This document shows, piece by piece, positions 26,088 to 35,986 of a stretch of 43,248 nucleotides of DNA (its first letter is position 1; the number at the start of each line of letters is the position of its first letter). The position numbers and the translations under genes were made by a program. The stretch is from Acidimicrobiia bacterium. GTDB lineage: Bacteria; Actinomycetota; Acidimicrobiia; Spongiisociales; JAHEDJ01. The stretch spans positions 1 to 43,248 of the forward strand of contig JARGFH010000031.1 in NCBI GenBank assembly GCA_029210695.1, in the 5' to 3' direction. The notes below the pieces were generated by a model. The model made no database searches. It was not told the origin of the DNA and was given only the letters and a program-made list of their open reading frames with translations.

Positions 26088-26170
26088 GTGACCGGACGGG
26101 TCTGGTGGCCCGTCCGCTCGTACCGGGTACTGGGTACTGGGTACCGCGAACGAGTGAAACGAGAGAGCAA
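24891..26170 (+). repeat. 1280-bp direct repeat, copy 2
   Basis: Matches 2580-3859. Confidence 0.9.
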
Positions 26171-26485
26171 GTGGCAGACGAAGGACAGAAGATACGGATC
26201 AGGCTCAAGGCCTACGACCACGAGGTGGTCGATGAGTCGGCGCGCAAGATCTCTGAGACGGTTATCCGGACCCAGGCGAAGATCAAAGGGCCGGTTCCGC
26301 TCCCAACGGAGATTCACCGCTACTGCGTGATCCGATCACCGCACGTCAACAAGGACTCGCGAGAGCACTTCGAGATGCGCATTCACAAGCGCCTCATCGA
26401 CATCCTCGAGCCGACGCCGAAGACCGTCGATTCCTTGATGCGTCTCGATCTGCCTGCAGGCGTTGAAGTGGAGATCAAGCTGTGA
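26171..26485 (+). CDS. rpsJ: 30S ribosomal protein S10
   Basis: [28 protein letters not shown] start. Confidence 0.97.
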   Translation: MADEGQKIRIRLKAYDHEVVDESARKISETVIRTQAKIKGPVPLPTEIHRYCVIRSPHVNKDSREHFEMRIHKRLIDILEPTPKTVDSLMRLDLPAGVEVEIKL

Positions 26486-27114
26486 AAGCGATTCTCGGCG
26501 AGAAACTGGGTATGACCCAGGTCTTCGATGATGAGGCGCGGGCGATTCCCGTGACCGTCATCAAGGCTGGGCCGTGCCGTATCGTGCAAATCAAGACACC
26601 AGAGACCGACGGCTATTCGGCCATCCAGCTCTCGTACTTCGAGGTTCCTGCCCACAAATTGACGAAGGCTGAAGCAGGTCACTTCGGCAAGTCCGGCGTA
26701 GCAACCTCGCGCCATCTCGTCGAGATCCGGGTCGATGACCTCTCCTCGTTCGAGATTGGACAAGAGATCACGATCGCCGATGTGCTGGTCAAGGGAGGCA
26801 GGGCTGATGTGTCCGGTGTCTCCAAGGGCAAAGGCTTTCAAGGCGTTATGAAACGCCACAACTTCTCCGGCCAGGGAGCAAGCCACGGCGTCCACAAGGT
26901 TCACCGTGCTCCCGGATCGATCGGCGCCTGCGCCACACCTGCCCGGGTGTTCAAAGGCAAGAAGTTGCCGGGTCGCATGGGCGGCGAGCGCACAACGACC
27001 CTCAATCTCGAGGTTGTCGAGATCGACAGCGCCCGGGGACTCGTGTTGCTCGGCGGTTCGGTGCCGGGGCCTACCGGCGGGGTCGTGCTCGTCCGTGAGG
27101 CGGTGAAGAACTGA
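26482..27114 (+). CDS. rplC: 50S ribosomal protein L3
   Basis: [21 protein letters not shown]. Confidence 0.98.
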   Translation: MKAILGEKLGMTQVFDDEARAIPVTVIKAGPCRIVQIKTPETDGYSAIQLSYFEVPAHKLTKAEAGHFGKSGVATSRHLVEIRVDDLSSFEIGQEITIADVLVKGGRADVSGVSKGKGFQGVMKRHNFSGQGASHGVHKVHRAPGSIGACATPARVFKGKKLPGRMGGERTTTLNLEVVEIDSARGLVLLGGSVPGPTGGVVLVREAVKN

Positions 27115-27866
27115 TGGCAGACATCAAAGCTCCTCTGTTCAGCGCAGACGGCGTTAGCAAAGGCGAGGTCAGCCTGGATCCCGCGGTGTTCGGAATTGAG
27201 CCGAACATCCCGGTCATGCACCAGGTTGTGACCGCGCAGATGGCGGCTGCCAGATCCGGTTCGGCATCAACCAAGACCCGTGCAGAAGTGCGCGGTGGTG
27301 GTCGGAAGCCATGGCGTCAGAAGGGCCTCGGGCGTGCACGGCATGGCTCGATTCGCTCTCCGCAGTGGACCGGTGGCGGTGTCGCGTTTGGCCCCAAGCC
27401 CCGTGACTTCAGCCAGCGGACCCCCAAGAAGATGAAGAAGCTCGCATTACGGGGCGCGCTTTCGGCACGGGCCAGCGAGTCCGAGATCAAGGTGATCGAT
27501 TCCTTCGATTGGATCGAGCCGAAGACCAAGAACGCAACCGCGTTGCTTGCTGCGATAGCTGCCGGACGGAAGATTCTCATCGTTCTCGGCGCAGGCGACG
27601 ATGTGGCCGAACGCTCATTCCGAAATCTCCCGAATGTGCTGACCTGCGACTCGGGCCACGTCACGACCTACGACGTCCTCTGGGCAGAAACCCTCGTGTT
27701 CACCACCGAGACGCTCGGCTCAATCACCGGTCTCGAGAAGTTCGACGTTACGAAGGACGACTTTGTGAAAGAGACTTCGAGCTCGAAGAGTTCCAAAACC
27801 GTGGAGGTTGTAGAAGAACCTGCCACTGCTCCTGACGATGAATCAGACGAGGGGGGTGAGGGCTGA
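27114..27866 (+). CDS. rplD: 50S ribosomal protein L4
   Basis: [15 protein letters not shown]; acidic C-terminal tail. Confidence 0.98.
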   Translation: MADIKAPLFSADGVSKGEVSLDPAVFGIEPNIPVMHQVVTAQMAAARSGSASTKTRAEVRGGGRKPWRQKGLGRARHGSIRSPQWTGGGVAFGPKPRDFSQRTPKKMKKLALRGALSARASESEIKVIDSFDWIEPKTKNATALLAAIAAGRKILIVLGAGDDVAERSFRNLPNVLTCDSGHVTTYDVLWAETLVFTTETLGSITGLEKFDVTKDDFVKETSSSKSSKTVEVVEEPATAPDDESDEGGEG

Positions 27867-28153
27867 TGAAGGATCCACGCGACATCATCTTCGAGCCGGT
27901 GGTTTCCGAGAAGTCTTACGACCTCATCGAACACGCCAATACCTACACGTTCGTCGTCGATCGCCGGGCCAACAAGACGGAGATCAAAGAGGCCGTCAAG
28001 TCGATCTTCGGCGTGAAGGTCGTTTCGGTGAACACCATGAACAAGCAAGGCAAAGTGAAGCGGACCGGTTGGGTCCTTGGCAAGCGTCCGAACTCGAAGC
28101 GGGCCATGGTGACGCTCGCCCAGGGCGAATCCATCGACATCTTCGGGGTGTAG
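27866..28153 (+). CDS. rplW: 50S ribosomal protein L23
   Basis: [17 protein letters not shown]. Confidence 0.97.
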   Translation: MKDPRDIIFEPVVSEKSYDLIEHANTYTFVVDRRANKTEIKEAVKSIFGVKVVSVNTMNKQGKVKRTGWVLGKRPNSKRAMVTLAQGESIDIFGV

Positions 28154-28156
28154 CGA

Positions 28157-28288
28157 ATGATCTACACGGGTTCACGCGCAATTGAAAAGAACCGTACAAC
28201 GGACAACGGATTCCGCACCACGACGTCGGAATACGAAGTGCGTGGTGCGTGGTACGCAGCTGAGCGCTGCGAAGCAGAGCGAGGCTGA
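28157..28288 (+). CDS. Candidate 43-aa intercistronic mini-ORF within a repeat element
   Basis: ATG 3 nt after the rplW stop, TGA 3 nt before the rplB ATG, same frame as both genes. Confidence 0.35.
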   Translation: MIYTGSRAIEKNRTTDNGFRTTTSEYEVRGAWYAAERCEAERG

Positions 28289-28291
28289 GTC

Positions 28292-29125
28292 ATGCCGATA
28301 AAGAAGAGGAAACCAACTTCACCAGGTCAGAGGTTTCAGACCGTTGCCGACTTCTCGGAACTGACCAAGAAGAAGCCGGAGAAATCGCTGCTCGTCAAGC
28401 AGAGCGAGAGCGCAGGGCGCAACTCCCACGGTCGGATTACTTCACGCCACCGTGGTGGCGGGCACAAGCGCCGCTACCGGATCGTCGACTTCCGGCGCGC
28501 CAAGGATGGAATCCCGGCCACAGTTGCCGCCATCGAGTACGACCCGAACCGCAATGCGCGGATCGCACTGCTGCACTACCACGATGGTGAGAAGCGGTAC
28601 ATCCTGGCTCCCGTCGGGTTGAAGATCGGAGACAAGCTGGAATCGGGCTCCAAGGCCGAGATTCGCCCCGGCAACGCGCTCCCGCTACGGAACATCCCGG
28701 CCGGGACGGTCGTACATGCCATCGAGCTTCGACCCGGTGGAGGGGCCAAGATGGCTCGGGCCGCCGGGACGTCGGTCCAGCTCATGTCGAAGGAGGGCGA
28801 CAAGGCGCTCTTGCGTTTGCCCTCGAGCGAGATGCGGCTGGTGGCGCTCGATTGCCGGGCAACCATCGGCCAGGTTGGAAACACTGAATCCGAGCTCATC
28901 AAGATCGGCAAGGCGGGTCGCAATCGCTGGAAGGGTGTTCGTCCGCAGTCGCGCGGCGTCGCCATGAACCCGGTCGATCACCCGCTCGGTGGTGGCGAGG
29001 GCCGCTCATCGGGTGGCCGTCACCCGGTCAGCCCGTGGGGGAAACCCGAGGGGCGTACTCGCAAGAAGAAGAAGGCGAGCGATCAATACATCGTGCGTCG
29101 GCGAAGCAAGAAAGGGCGGCGCTGA
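28292..29125 (+). CDS. rplB: 50S ribosomal protein L2
   Basis: [26 protein letters not shown]. Confidence 0.99.
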   Translation: MPIKKRKPTSPGQRFQTVADFSELTKKKPEKSLLVKQSESAGRNSHGRITSRHRGGGHKRRYRIVDFRRAKDGIPATVAAIEYDPNRNARIALLHYHDGEKRYILAPVGLKIGDKLESGSKAEIRPGNALPLRNIPAGTVVHAIELRPGGGAKMARAAGTSVQLMSKEGDKALLRLPSSEMRLVALDCRATIGQVGNTESELIKIGKAGRNRWKGVRPQSRGVAMNPVDHPLGGGEGRSSGGRHPVSPWGKPEGRTRKKKKASDQYIVRRRSKKGRR

Positions 29126-29214
29126 TGCATGCATTTGTCGTTGAAACATCCGCCGACGCAATCGCGCAGCTGGCTGCGCCCGTACGTCGGCGAAGCAGGA
29201 AGGGACGGAGGTAA
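29125..29214 (+). CDS. Candidate 29-aa intercistronic mini-ORF
   Basis: TGATG overlap with rplB; ends TAA 2 nt before the rpsS ATG; C-terminus [10 protein letters not shown] mirrors the L2 C-terminus. Confidence 0.45.
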   Translation: MHAFVVETSADAIAQLAAPVRRRSRKGRR

Positions 29215-29216
29215 TC

Positions 29217-29489
29217 ATGGCGCGCAGCCTGAAGAAGGGTCCCTTCGTTGATGATCATCTGATCGGAAAAGTCGAGGACCTCAATGCCAGGGGAGAGAAG
29301 CGAGTGATACGCACGTGGAGTCGTCGCTCCACGATCTTTCCCGAAATGGTGGGACATACCATCGCCGTTCATGACGGCCGCAAGCATGTCCCCGTATACA
29401 TCACGGAGTCGATGGTCGGGCACAAGCTCGGCGAGTTCGCTCCGACCCGCACATTCCGCGGGCACGCCGGTTCGATGAGGAAGCGATGA
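29217..29489 (+). CDS. rpsS: 30S ribosomal protein S19
   Basis: [27 protein letters not shown]. Confidence 0.98.
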   Translation: MARSLKKGPFVDDHLIGKVEDLNARGEKRVIRTWSRRSTIFPEMVGHTIAVHDGRKHVPVYITESMVGHKLGEFAPTRTFRGHAGSMRKR

Positions 29490-29827
29490 AAGCTCACGCA
29501 CAGGCCAAATACATCCGGCAGTCGCCCAACAAGGTTCGGCGGGTTGTCGATCTCGTTCGTGGTCTCCCGGTCGGAGAAGCGCGTCAAGTGCTCGACCTGA
29601 CCCAACGCCGGGCGGCCGGCTACGTACGCAAGGTGCTCGATTCGGCAGTCGCCAACGCCGAGCACAACCTCGCCCTCGACGCCGATGAGCTGTTCGTGTC
29701 CGAGATCTTCGCCGACGAGGGTCCGACGTTGAAGCGTTGGCGTCCCAGAGCCCGAGGCCGGGCAACCCCTATCCACAAGCGCACCAGCCATATCACGGTC
29801 GTCGTGTCCGACGGCGAGGAGGAGTAA
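29486..29827 (+). CDS. rplV: 50S ribosomal protein L22
   Basis: [26 protein letters not shown]. Confidence 0.98.
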   Translation: MKAHAQAKYIRQSPNKVRRVVDLVRGLPVGEARQVLDLTQRRAAGYVRKVLDSAVANAEHNLALDADELFVSEIFADEGPTLKRWRPRARGRATPIHKRTSHITVVVSDGEEE

Positions 29828-29831
29828 GAAG

Positions 29832-30968
29832 ATGGGCCAGAAGACACATCCTTACGGCTTCCGCATCGGTATCGTCACCGACTGGAAGTCCCGCTGGTAC
29901 AGCGACAAGGACTACACCGAGCTTGTCAATGAGGATTGGAAGATCCGCGACTATCTCGATGGCGAGTTGAAGCGCGGCGCCGTCAGCCGCATCGAGCTCG
30001 AGCGCACTCGCGACAAGGTGCAGGTCGACGTTCACACCGCCAGGCCGGGCGTTGTCATCGGCCGCAAAGGGTCAGAAGCGGAGCGTCTCCGGGACGGACT
30101 CGAGAAGCTCACCGGGCGCCGCATCAAGCTGAACGTCATCGAGGTAAAAGACCCGGAGACCGACGCACAGCTCCTGGCGCGAGGTGTTGCCGACCAGATC
30201 GAAAATCGGGTTGCCTTCCGGCGTGCGATGAAGCGCACCGTCGCTACCGCCATGAAAGCCGGCGCCGAAGGTGTGAGGGTCGAGTGCAAGGGCCGCCTCG
30301 GCGGCGCCGACATGGGGCGTCGCGAGTGGTACCGCGAGGGACGGGTTCCGCTGCACACGCTGCGCGCCGATGTCGATTACGGCGTTGCCACGGCTCGCAC
30401 GACGGTCGGAGCTATCGGCGTCAAAGTCTGGGTCTATAAGGGTGACGTCGTGGCCACCTCGAAAACCACTCGCGAGAAGATCGCGGCCGAAGCGGCGCTG
30501 GCCACCGGTGGCCCCAGTCGGGGTCGGGTCGCTCCTGCCAAGTCACGGGCTGAAGCCGCCGCCGGAAGTGATAAGATTCCCCGCCTCATTGAAGCCGGTG
30601 GCGGCAAGCGAATCATTGAAGCCGGCGGCGGGAAGCGCAAGGAGACAACGCGACGGGTCGAGTCGACCTCGCGGAAGATCGCTCCCGAAGAGGCAATCAG
30701 CCAGTACGAAGAAGCACGTGACGTGTTCGATTCTGAGGTCTCCGCGGTGGAGGCACCGGTCGAGGAGATCACGGAAGAAACACTCATTGCAGCGGAGCCC
30801 GAAACGGTTACCCCGGCATTGGAAGGAACGGTTGAGGAGGCGCCGGCAGAAGCCGTGGTTGAGGCAGCCGTTACCGGTGCTGAAACCGCCGTGGAAGAGG
30901 CACTCGACGCCGACGCAGCCGAAGTGGTTGAAGGCGGGTCGAGCGAAGTCGACGAAGGAGGCGAGTAG
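29832..30968 (+). CDS. rpsC: 30S ribosomal protein S3 with long C-terminal extension
   Basis: [34 protein letters not shown]. Confidence 0.98.
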   Translation: MGQKTHPYGFRIGIVTDWKSRWYSDKDYTELVNEDWKIRDYLDGELKRGAVSRIELERTRDKVQVDVHTARPGVVIGRKGSEAERLRDGLEKLTGRRIKLNVIEVKDPETDAQLLARGVADQIENRVAFRRAMKRTVATAMKAGAEGVRVECKGRLGGADMGRREWYREGRVPLHTLRADVDYGVATARTTVGAIGVKVWVYKGDVVATSKTTREKIAAEAALATGGPSRGRVAPAKSRAEAAAGSDKIPRLIEAGGGKRIIEAGGGKRKETTRRVESTSRKIAPEEAISQYEEARDVFDSEVSAVEAPVEEITEETLIAAEPETVTPALEGTVEEAPAEAVVEAAVTGAETAVEEALDADAAEVVEGGSSEVDEGGE

Positions 30969-30970
30969 AG

Positions 30971-31384
30971 ATGTTGATGCCCAAGCGGACGAAGTACCGC
31001 AAGGTGCATCGCGGCCGGAGGCGCGGGCCTGCCAAAGGTGGCACCCGTGTCAACTTCGGTGACTACGGCCTCCAGTCGATGGAAGCTGCCTGGATCACCT
31101 CCAGGCAGATCGAATCGGCCCGTGTTGCGATCACCCGCGCGGTGCGTCGTGGTGGGAAGGTGTGGATCAACATCTTTCCGGACAAGCCGGTGACGGCCAA
31201 GCCCGCCGAGACCCGGATGGGTTCAGGCAAGGGAGCTCCTGAGTTCTGGGTTGCCGTCGTCAAGCCGGGTCGCGTGATGTTTGAGTTGTCCGGAGTCGAT
31301 GAAGATATGGCCAGGGAAGCAATGCGAAAGGCCGGCCACAAACTGCCGGTCAGGACACGATTTGTGACGCGGGAGGAAGGGTGA
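30971..31384 (+). CDS. rplP: 50S ribosomal protein L16
   Basis: [16 protein letters not shown]. Confidence 0.98.
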   Translation: MLMPKRTKYRKVHRGRRRGPAKGGTRVNFGDYGLQSMEAAWITSRQIESARVAITRAVRRGGKVWINIFPDKPVTAKPAETRMGSGKGAPEFWVAVVKPGRVMFELSGVDEDMAREAMRKAGHKLPVRTRFVTREEG

Positions 31385-31614
31385 CTGCCGAGGAACTCCG
31401 AGAGCTCTCTCCGACCGAGCTGCACGAGGCGCTTGCCGAAGCGAAGGCTGAGGCTTTCAACCTCCGTTTCCAGCTGGCGACCAACCAGTTGGACAACACA
31501 GCCCGGCTCGGTGACCTCCGTCGCCAGGTTGCCCGCATCATGACGGTGCTGCGAGAGCAAGAACTCGAAGCGTGGCAGGCGCAAATGGCGACTGCCGACA
31601 AGGAAGGTGCGTAA
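31381..31614 (+). CDS. rpmC: 50S ribosomal protein L29
   Basis: [12 protein letters not shown]...RRQVARIMT. Confidence 0.96.
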   Translation: MTAEELRELSPTELHEALAEAKAEAFNLRFQLATNQLDNTARLGDLRRQVARIMTVLREQELEAWQAQMATADKEGA

Positions 31615-31871
31615 TGGCAGACCGGACACGTCGCAAGACGCAAGTCGGGGTCGTGGTGTCTGACAAACGCGACAAGACGATCACGATTGAAGTCATCAGT
31701 TCCCGGCGCCATCCGATGTACGGCAAGGTCGTTCGGAGCCGTTCGCGGTTTCACGCACATGACGAGGCCAATGATGCTCGCCTGGGTGACACCGTTCTGA
31801 TTGCCGAGACCCGCCCATTGTCGAAGACCAAGCGCTGGCGCGTGGTTGAGGTCGTGGAGCGCGCCCGATGA
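31614..31871 (+). CDS. rpsQ: 30S ribosomal protein S17
   Basis: [28 protein letters not shown] overlap. Confidence 0.97.
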   Translation: MADRTRRKTQVGVVVSDKRDKTITIEVISSRRHPMYGKVVRSRSRFHAHDEANDARLGDTVLIAETRPLSKTKRWRVVEVVERAR

Positions 31872-32236
31872 TCCAGCAAGAATCCCGTCTCAAAGTGGCT
31901 GACAACAGCGGTGCCAGAGAGTTGCTCTGCATCCGCGTGCTCGGTGGCTCGAAGCGCCGCTACGCCGGCGTCGGCGATGTGATCGTCGGCACCGTCAAAG
32001 AGGCAATTCCGGGAGCGGCCGTGAAGCGTGGCGAGGTCGTGCAAGCGGTCGTGGTCCGCACGGCCAAGGAGCACCGCCGCCAGGACGGAACGTACATCCG
32101 TTTCGATGACAACGCCTGCGTTCTGATCGACACCAACCAGCAGCCGCGCGGCACTCGCATCTTTGGCCCGGTTGCTCGCGAGCTTCGCGAAAAGAAATTC
32201 ATGAGGATCGTCTCGCTCGCTCCGGAGGTGTTGTGA
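31868..32236 (+). CDS. rplN: 50S ribosomal protein L14
   Basis: [19 protein letters not shown]. Confidence 0.99.
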   Translation: MIQQESRLKVADNSGARELLCIRVLGGSKRRYAGVGDVIVGTVKEAIPGAAVKRGEVVQAVVVRTAKEHRRQDGTYIRFDDNACVLIDTNQQPRGTRIFGPVARELREKKFMRIVSLAPEVL

Positions 32237-32541
32237 TGCGATTGCGTGAAGGTGACAAGGTCAAGGTCATGGCCGGCAAGGATTCCGGGCGAGAGTCCCG
32301 GGTCATCCGTGTCCTGCCCAAGAAGAACAAAGTGATCGTCGAGAATGTGAATACGGCAAAGCGGCACCAGAAGCCGCGCGGCCAGACGATGCAGGGTGGC
32401 ATCATCGACAAGGACATGCCTATGGATGCCTCCAACGTCATGATCATTTGTGACGAATGCGGTCCAACCCGCATCGGGTATCGCGTTGACGGCGACGGAA
32501 ACAAGACCCGCATATGCGTGAAGTGCGGAGGTGAGCTGTGA
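32236..32541 (+). CDS. rplX: 50S ribosomal protein L24
   Basis: [14 protein letters not shown]; start 32233 or 32236. Confidence 0.96.
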   Translation: MRLREGDKVKVMAGKDSGRESRVIRVLPKKNKVIVENVNTAKRHQKPRGQTMQGGIIDKDMPMDASNVMIICDECGPTRIGYRVDGDGNKTRICVKCGGEL

Positions 32542-33095
32542 TTCCCCGGCTGAAACAGCGGTACAACGACGAGATAGCCGCCAAGCTCAAAGAAGAACTC
32601 GGCGTCGCCAACGCGATGCTGGTTCCCCGCCTCGAAAAGATCGTGGTCAATGTCGGCGTTGGTGAGGCGGTTGCCGACAAGAAGGCCATCGAGTCGACCA
32701 TGGAAGAGCTGGCCATCATCACCGGGCAGAAGCCGAAATTGAATCGGGCCAGGAAATCGATCGCCAACTTCAAGGTCCGGAAGGACATGCCGGTCGGCGC
32801 ATCCGTGACTCTGCGTGGCAAACGCATGTGGGAGTTCTTCGATCGGCTCGTCGCCGTGGCGATTCCCCGTGTCCGTGACTTTCGCGGCCTGAACCCGAAA
32901 TCGTTCGACGGGCGCGGCAACTACTCATTCGGTGTCACCGAGCAACTGATTTTCCCCGAGATCGACTACGACAAGGTCGCCGCCGTGCGTGGAATGGATA
33001 TCACCATCTGCACGACGGCCGACAACGACGAACATGCACGGGCCCTGCTGAATGCGTTTGGGTTCCCGTTCCGCAGACAACAAGCGCAGGTGTAG
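32538..33095 (+). CDS. rplE: 50S ribosomal protein L5
   Basis: [23 protein letters not shown]. Confidence 0.98.
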   Translation: MIPRLKQRYNDEIAAKLKEELGVANAMLVPRLEKIVVNVGVGEAVADKKAIESTMEELAIITGQKPKLNRARKSIANFKVRKDMPVGASVTLRGKRMWEFFDRLVAVAIPRVRDFRGLNPKSFDGRGNYSFGVTEQLIFPEIDYDKVAAVRGMDITICTTADNDEHARALLNAFGFPFRRQQAQV

Positions 33096-33105
33096 GAGCT
33101 AGTTC

Positions 33106-33291
33106 ATGGCGAAGAAATCGATGATTGCGAAGGCCAACCGCACGCCCAAGTTCAAGTCGCGTGCCTACAACCGCTGCAAGCGGTGCGGTCGGCCGCGCGC
33201 CTACCTGCGCCAATTCGGCATGTGCCGTATCTGCGTCCGTGAACTTGCTCGCAAGGGCGAGCTCCCCGGTGTGAGAAAGGCGTCGTGGTAA
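33106..33291 (+). CDS. rpsN: 30S ribosomal protein S14, Zn-binding type Z
   Basis: 61 aa, RCKRCGRPR...CRIC...PGVRKASW. Confidence 0.97.
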   Translation: MAKKSMIAKANRTPKFKSRAYNRCKRCGRPRAYLRQFGMCRICVRELARKGELPGVRKASW

Positions 33292-33293
33292 TC

Positions 33294-33689
33294 ATGATGA
33301 CCGATCCGATTGCCGACATGTTGACCAGGATCCGCAACGGAGTCCAGGCAGGACACACGTCTGTGTCGATGCCTTCTTCGAAGCTGAAGGAAGCCGTAGC
33401 CGGCATACTCGCCGCCGAGGGATACATCGACGGGTTCGATGTCGAGCCAAAAGGGCCTGCCCGCGAGATGACGGTCCAGCTGAAGTACGGCCCGCGCCGT
33501 GAGAAGATCATCAGCGGCCTCCGCCGCGTATCGAAGCCGGGACGCCGTGTCTACAAGCGGGCCGATCAACTTCCCCGCTCACATGGTGGGCTTGGTGTCG
33601 TGGTTATCTCGACGTCGCAGGGACTGTTGCCGGACCGTGAAGCCAGGCGCCGCCAGCTCGGCGGCGAGATTCTGTGTGAGGTCTGGTGA
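33294..33689 (+). CDS. rpsH: 30S ribosomal protein S8
   Basis: TDPIADMLTRIRN, SKPGRRVY. Confidence 0.98.
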   Translation: MMTDPIADMLTRIRNGVQAGHTSVSMPSSKLKEAVAGILAAEGYIDGFDVEPKGPAREMTVQLKYGPRREKIISGLRRVSKPGRRVYKRADQLPRSHGGLGVVVISTSQGLLPDREARRRQLGGEILCEVW

Positions 33690-33690
33690 G

Positions 33691-34233
33691 ATGAGCCGTA
33701 TTGGAAAAGCACCTATCACCGTGCCGTCCGGCGTGACTATCGCCATCGACGGACAGAAGGTGACGGTCAAGGGCCCGAAAGGGCAACTCGAACGGGAGTT
33801 CCATGAGCGCGTTTCTATTGCAGAATCCGACGGTGTTCTCACCGTTGGGCGCTTCAACGACGAACGGCAGTCGCGCGCCATCCACGGTCTGAGCCGGGCC
33901 CTGCTCGCCAATATGGTGACCGGCGTTTCCGACGGGTACAGCAAGGAGCTCTCAATCGTCGGCGTGGGATACCGCGCTGCGCTCAAGGGCAACTCCATCG
34001 ATCTGCAGTTGGGTTTCAGCCATCCGGTGAGCGTCGACGCACCATCGGGGATTACCTTTGAAGTTCCGGAACCCACCAAAATCATCATCAGCGGAATCGA
34101 CAAAGAGGCAGTCGGTCAGGTTGCTTCCGAGATCCGGGCCCTTCGCCCGCCTGAGCCCTACAAGGGCAAGGGAATCCGCTACACGAACGAGCAGGTGCGG
34201 CGCAAGGCCGGAAAGGCAGGTGTTGCACGATGA
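33691..34233 (+). CDS. rplF: 50S ribosomal protein L6
   Basis: [20 protein letters not shown]. Confidence 0.98.
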   Translation: MSRIGKAPITVPSGVTIAIDGQKVTVKGPKGQLEREFHERVSIAESDGVLTVGRFNDERQSRAIHGLSRALLANMVTGVSDGYSKELSIVGVGYRAALKGNSIDLQLGFSHPVSVDAPSGITFEVPEPTKIIISGIDKEAVGQVASEIRALRPPEPYKGKGIRYTNEQVRRKAGKAGVAR

Positions 34234-34583
34234 GCATCTCTAGAGGAGCGCAGCGGAAGATCCGCCATCGCCGCGTCCGCAAGCGCGTTGCCGGAACGGC
34301 CACCCGTCCACGGCTGGCCGTGTTCCGCAGCAATCGCTACATCTATGCACAGGTCATCGACGATGTCTCCGGCGTAACGCTGGCCACGGCATCTTCGCTT
34401 GAGAAGGATCTTCGTGGAAGCCGGCTCACCGTTGAGACCGCCACGAAGGTCGGCCATTTAGTCGCCGAGCGTGCTCGCAACGCCGGTGTCGGTCAGGTGG
34501 TATTCGATCGGGGAGGCTATCCGTTCCACGGACGGGTGAAGGCCCTGGCAGAAGCTGCCCGCACAACCGGGTTGGAGTTTTAG
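34230..34583 (+). CDS. rplR: 50S ribosomal protein L18
   Basis: [22 protein letters not shown]. Confidence 0.98.
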   Translation: MSISRGAQRKIRHRRVRKRVAGTATRPRLAVFRSNRYIYAQVIDDVSGVTLATASSLEKDLRGSRLTVETATKVGHLVAERARNAGVGQVVFDRGGYPFHGRVKALAEAARTTGLEF

Positions 34584-34591
34584 GAGATACG

Positions 34592-35173
34592 ATGGCAAGA
34601 CAGCAGCGCCAGCAGCGTCCACAGCAGGAAACCGACGGCCCGCAGCTCGACGAGCGGGTTATTCAGATCAACCGTGTCGCCAAGGTCGTCAAGGGTGGGC
34701 GGCGGTTCTCGTTTACCGCGCTCGTTGTCGTTGGTGACGGTAAGGGCAACGTCGGTGTCGGATACGGGAAAGCCAAAGAAGTACCGGCCGCCATTCAGAA
34801 GGGCATGGAGATTGCCCGTCGGGCAATGGTGGCGATACCGATGGCCGGATCGACGACTATCCATGAGAACATCGGCAACCACAGTGCCTCGCGGGTGCTG
34901 GTGAAGCCGGCTGCCCCTGGAACGGGCGTGATCGCCGGTGGCGCCGTGAGGCAGATCCTCGAGGCGGCAGGCATCCGCGATGCCCTCGCCAAGTCGCTCG
35001 GTTCGCCGACCCACCTCAACGTGGCGAAGGCCACCATGAATGCGCTCCTCACTCAGCATCGTCCTGACGAGATCGCCAAGCTGCGCGGCAAGAGCGCTGA
35101 AGAGGTGACTCCTCCGGGATTGCTGGCCGCCTACCGGTCGACCGAGATGATTCGTGCCCAGGCAGGGGAGTGA
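34592..35173 (+). CDS. rpsE: 30S ribosomal protein S5
   Basis: [25 protein letters not shown]. Confidence 0.98.
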   Translation: MARQQRQQRPQQETDGPQLDERVIQINRVAKVVKGGRRFSFTALVVVGDGKGNVGVGYGKAKEVPAAIQKGMEIARRAMVAIPMAGSTTIHENIGNHSASRVLVKPAAPGTGVIAGGAVRQILEAAGIRDALAKSLGSPTHLNVAKATMNALLTQHRPDEIAKLRGKSAEEVTPPGLLAAYRSTEMIRAQAGE

Positions 35174-35180
35174 AGGAACG

Positions 35181-35372
35181 ATGGCTGCCAAGAAACTGAC
35201 AGTGACGCTCCGCAAGAGCCTCATCGGGCAGAAGCCGAAGACACGCGCAACTGTGCGCGGCCTTGGCCTCCGCAGACTGAACCAGACGGTCCAGCACGAC
35301 GACACCGACGCTATCCGGGGAATGCTTCACAAAGTGAAGCACCTGATAGAGGTCGAAGAGAGCAAGAAGTAG
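35181..35372 (+). CDS. rpmD: 50S ribosomal protein L30
   Basis: KSLIG...[10 protein letters not shown]...GMLHKVKHL. Confidence 0.96.
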   Translation: MAAKKLTVTLRKSLIGQKPKTRATVRGLGLRRLNQTVQHDDTDAIRGMLHKVKHLIEVEESKK

Positions 35373-35412
35373 TCGGTACGTACCGGGTACTGCGTACCAC
35401 GAAGAGGAACCC

Positions 35413-35883
35413 ATGGCCGAGAACGAGAAGAAAAAAGCGAAGCTCCAGTTGCACCATCTGAAGCCCTCGCCCGGTTCGAAGAAGAAGGGCATCCGCGTCG
35501 GACGCGGTGAGGGCGGACGTCGTGGCAAGACCGCAGGTCGAGGCACGAAGGGTTTGAAGGCGCGCGGGAAGGTCCGCCCCGGGTTTGAAGGTGGCAGCAT
35601 GCCTTTGCAGCGTCGCCTTCCTCATTTGCGGGGATTCAAGAACCCCAACAAGGAGTACTACGCCGTTGTCAACGTGGAGCTCCTCAACGGGTTCGAAGTC
35701 GGTGCAAACGTGACGCCGGATGATCTTCGATCGGCAGGTCTGATCAAGAAGCGCGGTAACGTCAAAGTCCTGGCCAGGGGAGATCTGACCAAGAAGCTGA
35801 CCGTCCACGCCCACGCCTTCAGCAAAGAGGCCACTTCCAAGATCGAAGCAGCAGGCGGAAAAGCGGAGGTCATTGGAGGCTGA
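35413..35883 (+). CDS. rplO: 50S ribosomal protein L15
   Basis: GRGEG...[18 protein letters not shown]. Confidence 0.98.
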   Translation: MAENEKKKAKLQLHHLKPSPGSKKKGIRVGRGEGGRRGKTAGRGTKGLKARGKVRPGFEGGSMPLQRRLPHLRGFKNPNKEYYAVVNVELLNGFEVGANVTPDDLRSAGLIKKRGNVKVLARGDLTKKLTVHAHAFSKEATSKIEAAGGKAEVIGG

Positions 35884-35926
35884 GGGTGCAATCGACCTGC
35901 CGGCTGCAAGAATGCCTCCGGATCAC

Positions 35927-35961
35927 AACCTAAAACCCAAGACCTAGAACCTAGAACCCAA
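35927..35961. repeat. 7-bp tandem array RACCYAR
   Basis: AACCTAA AACCCAA GACCTAG AACCTAG AACCCAA. Confidence 0.8.
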
Positions 35962-35986
35962 ACCAGACTCGAAACTCAGGATTGTC

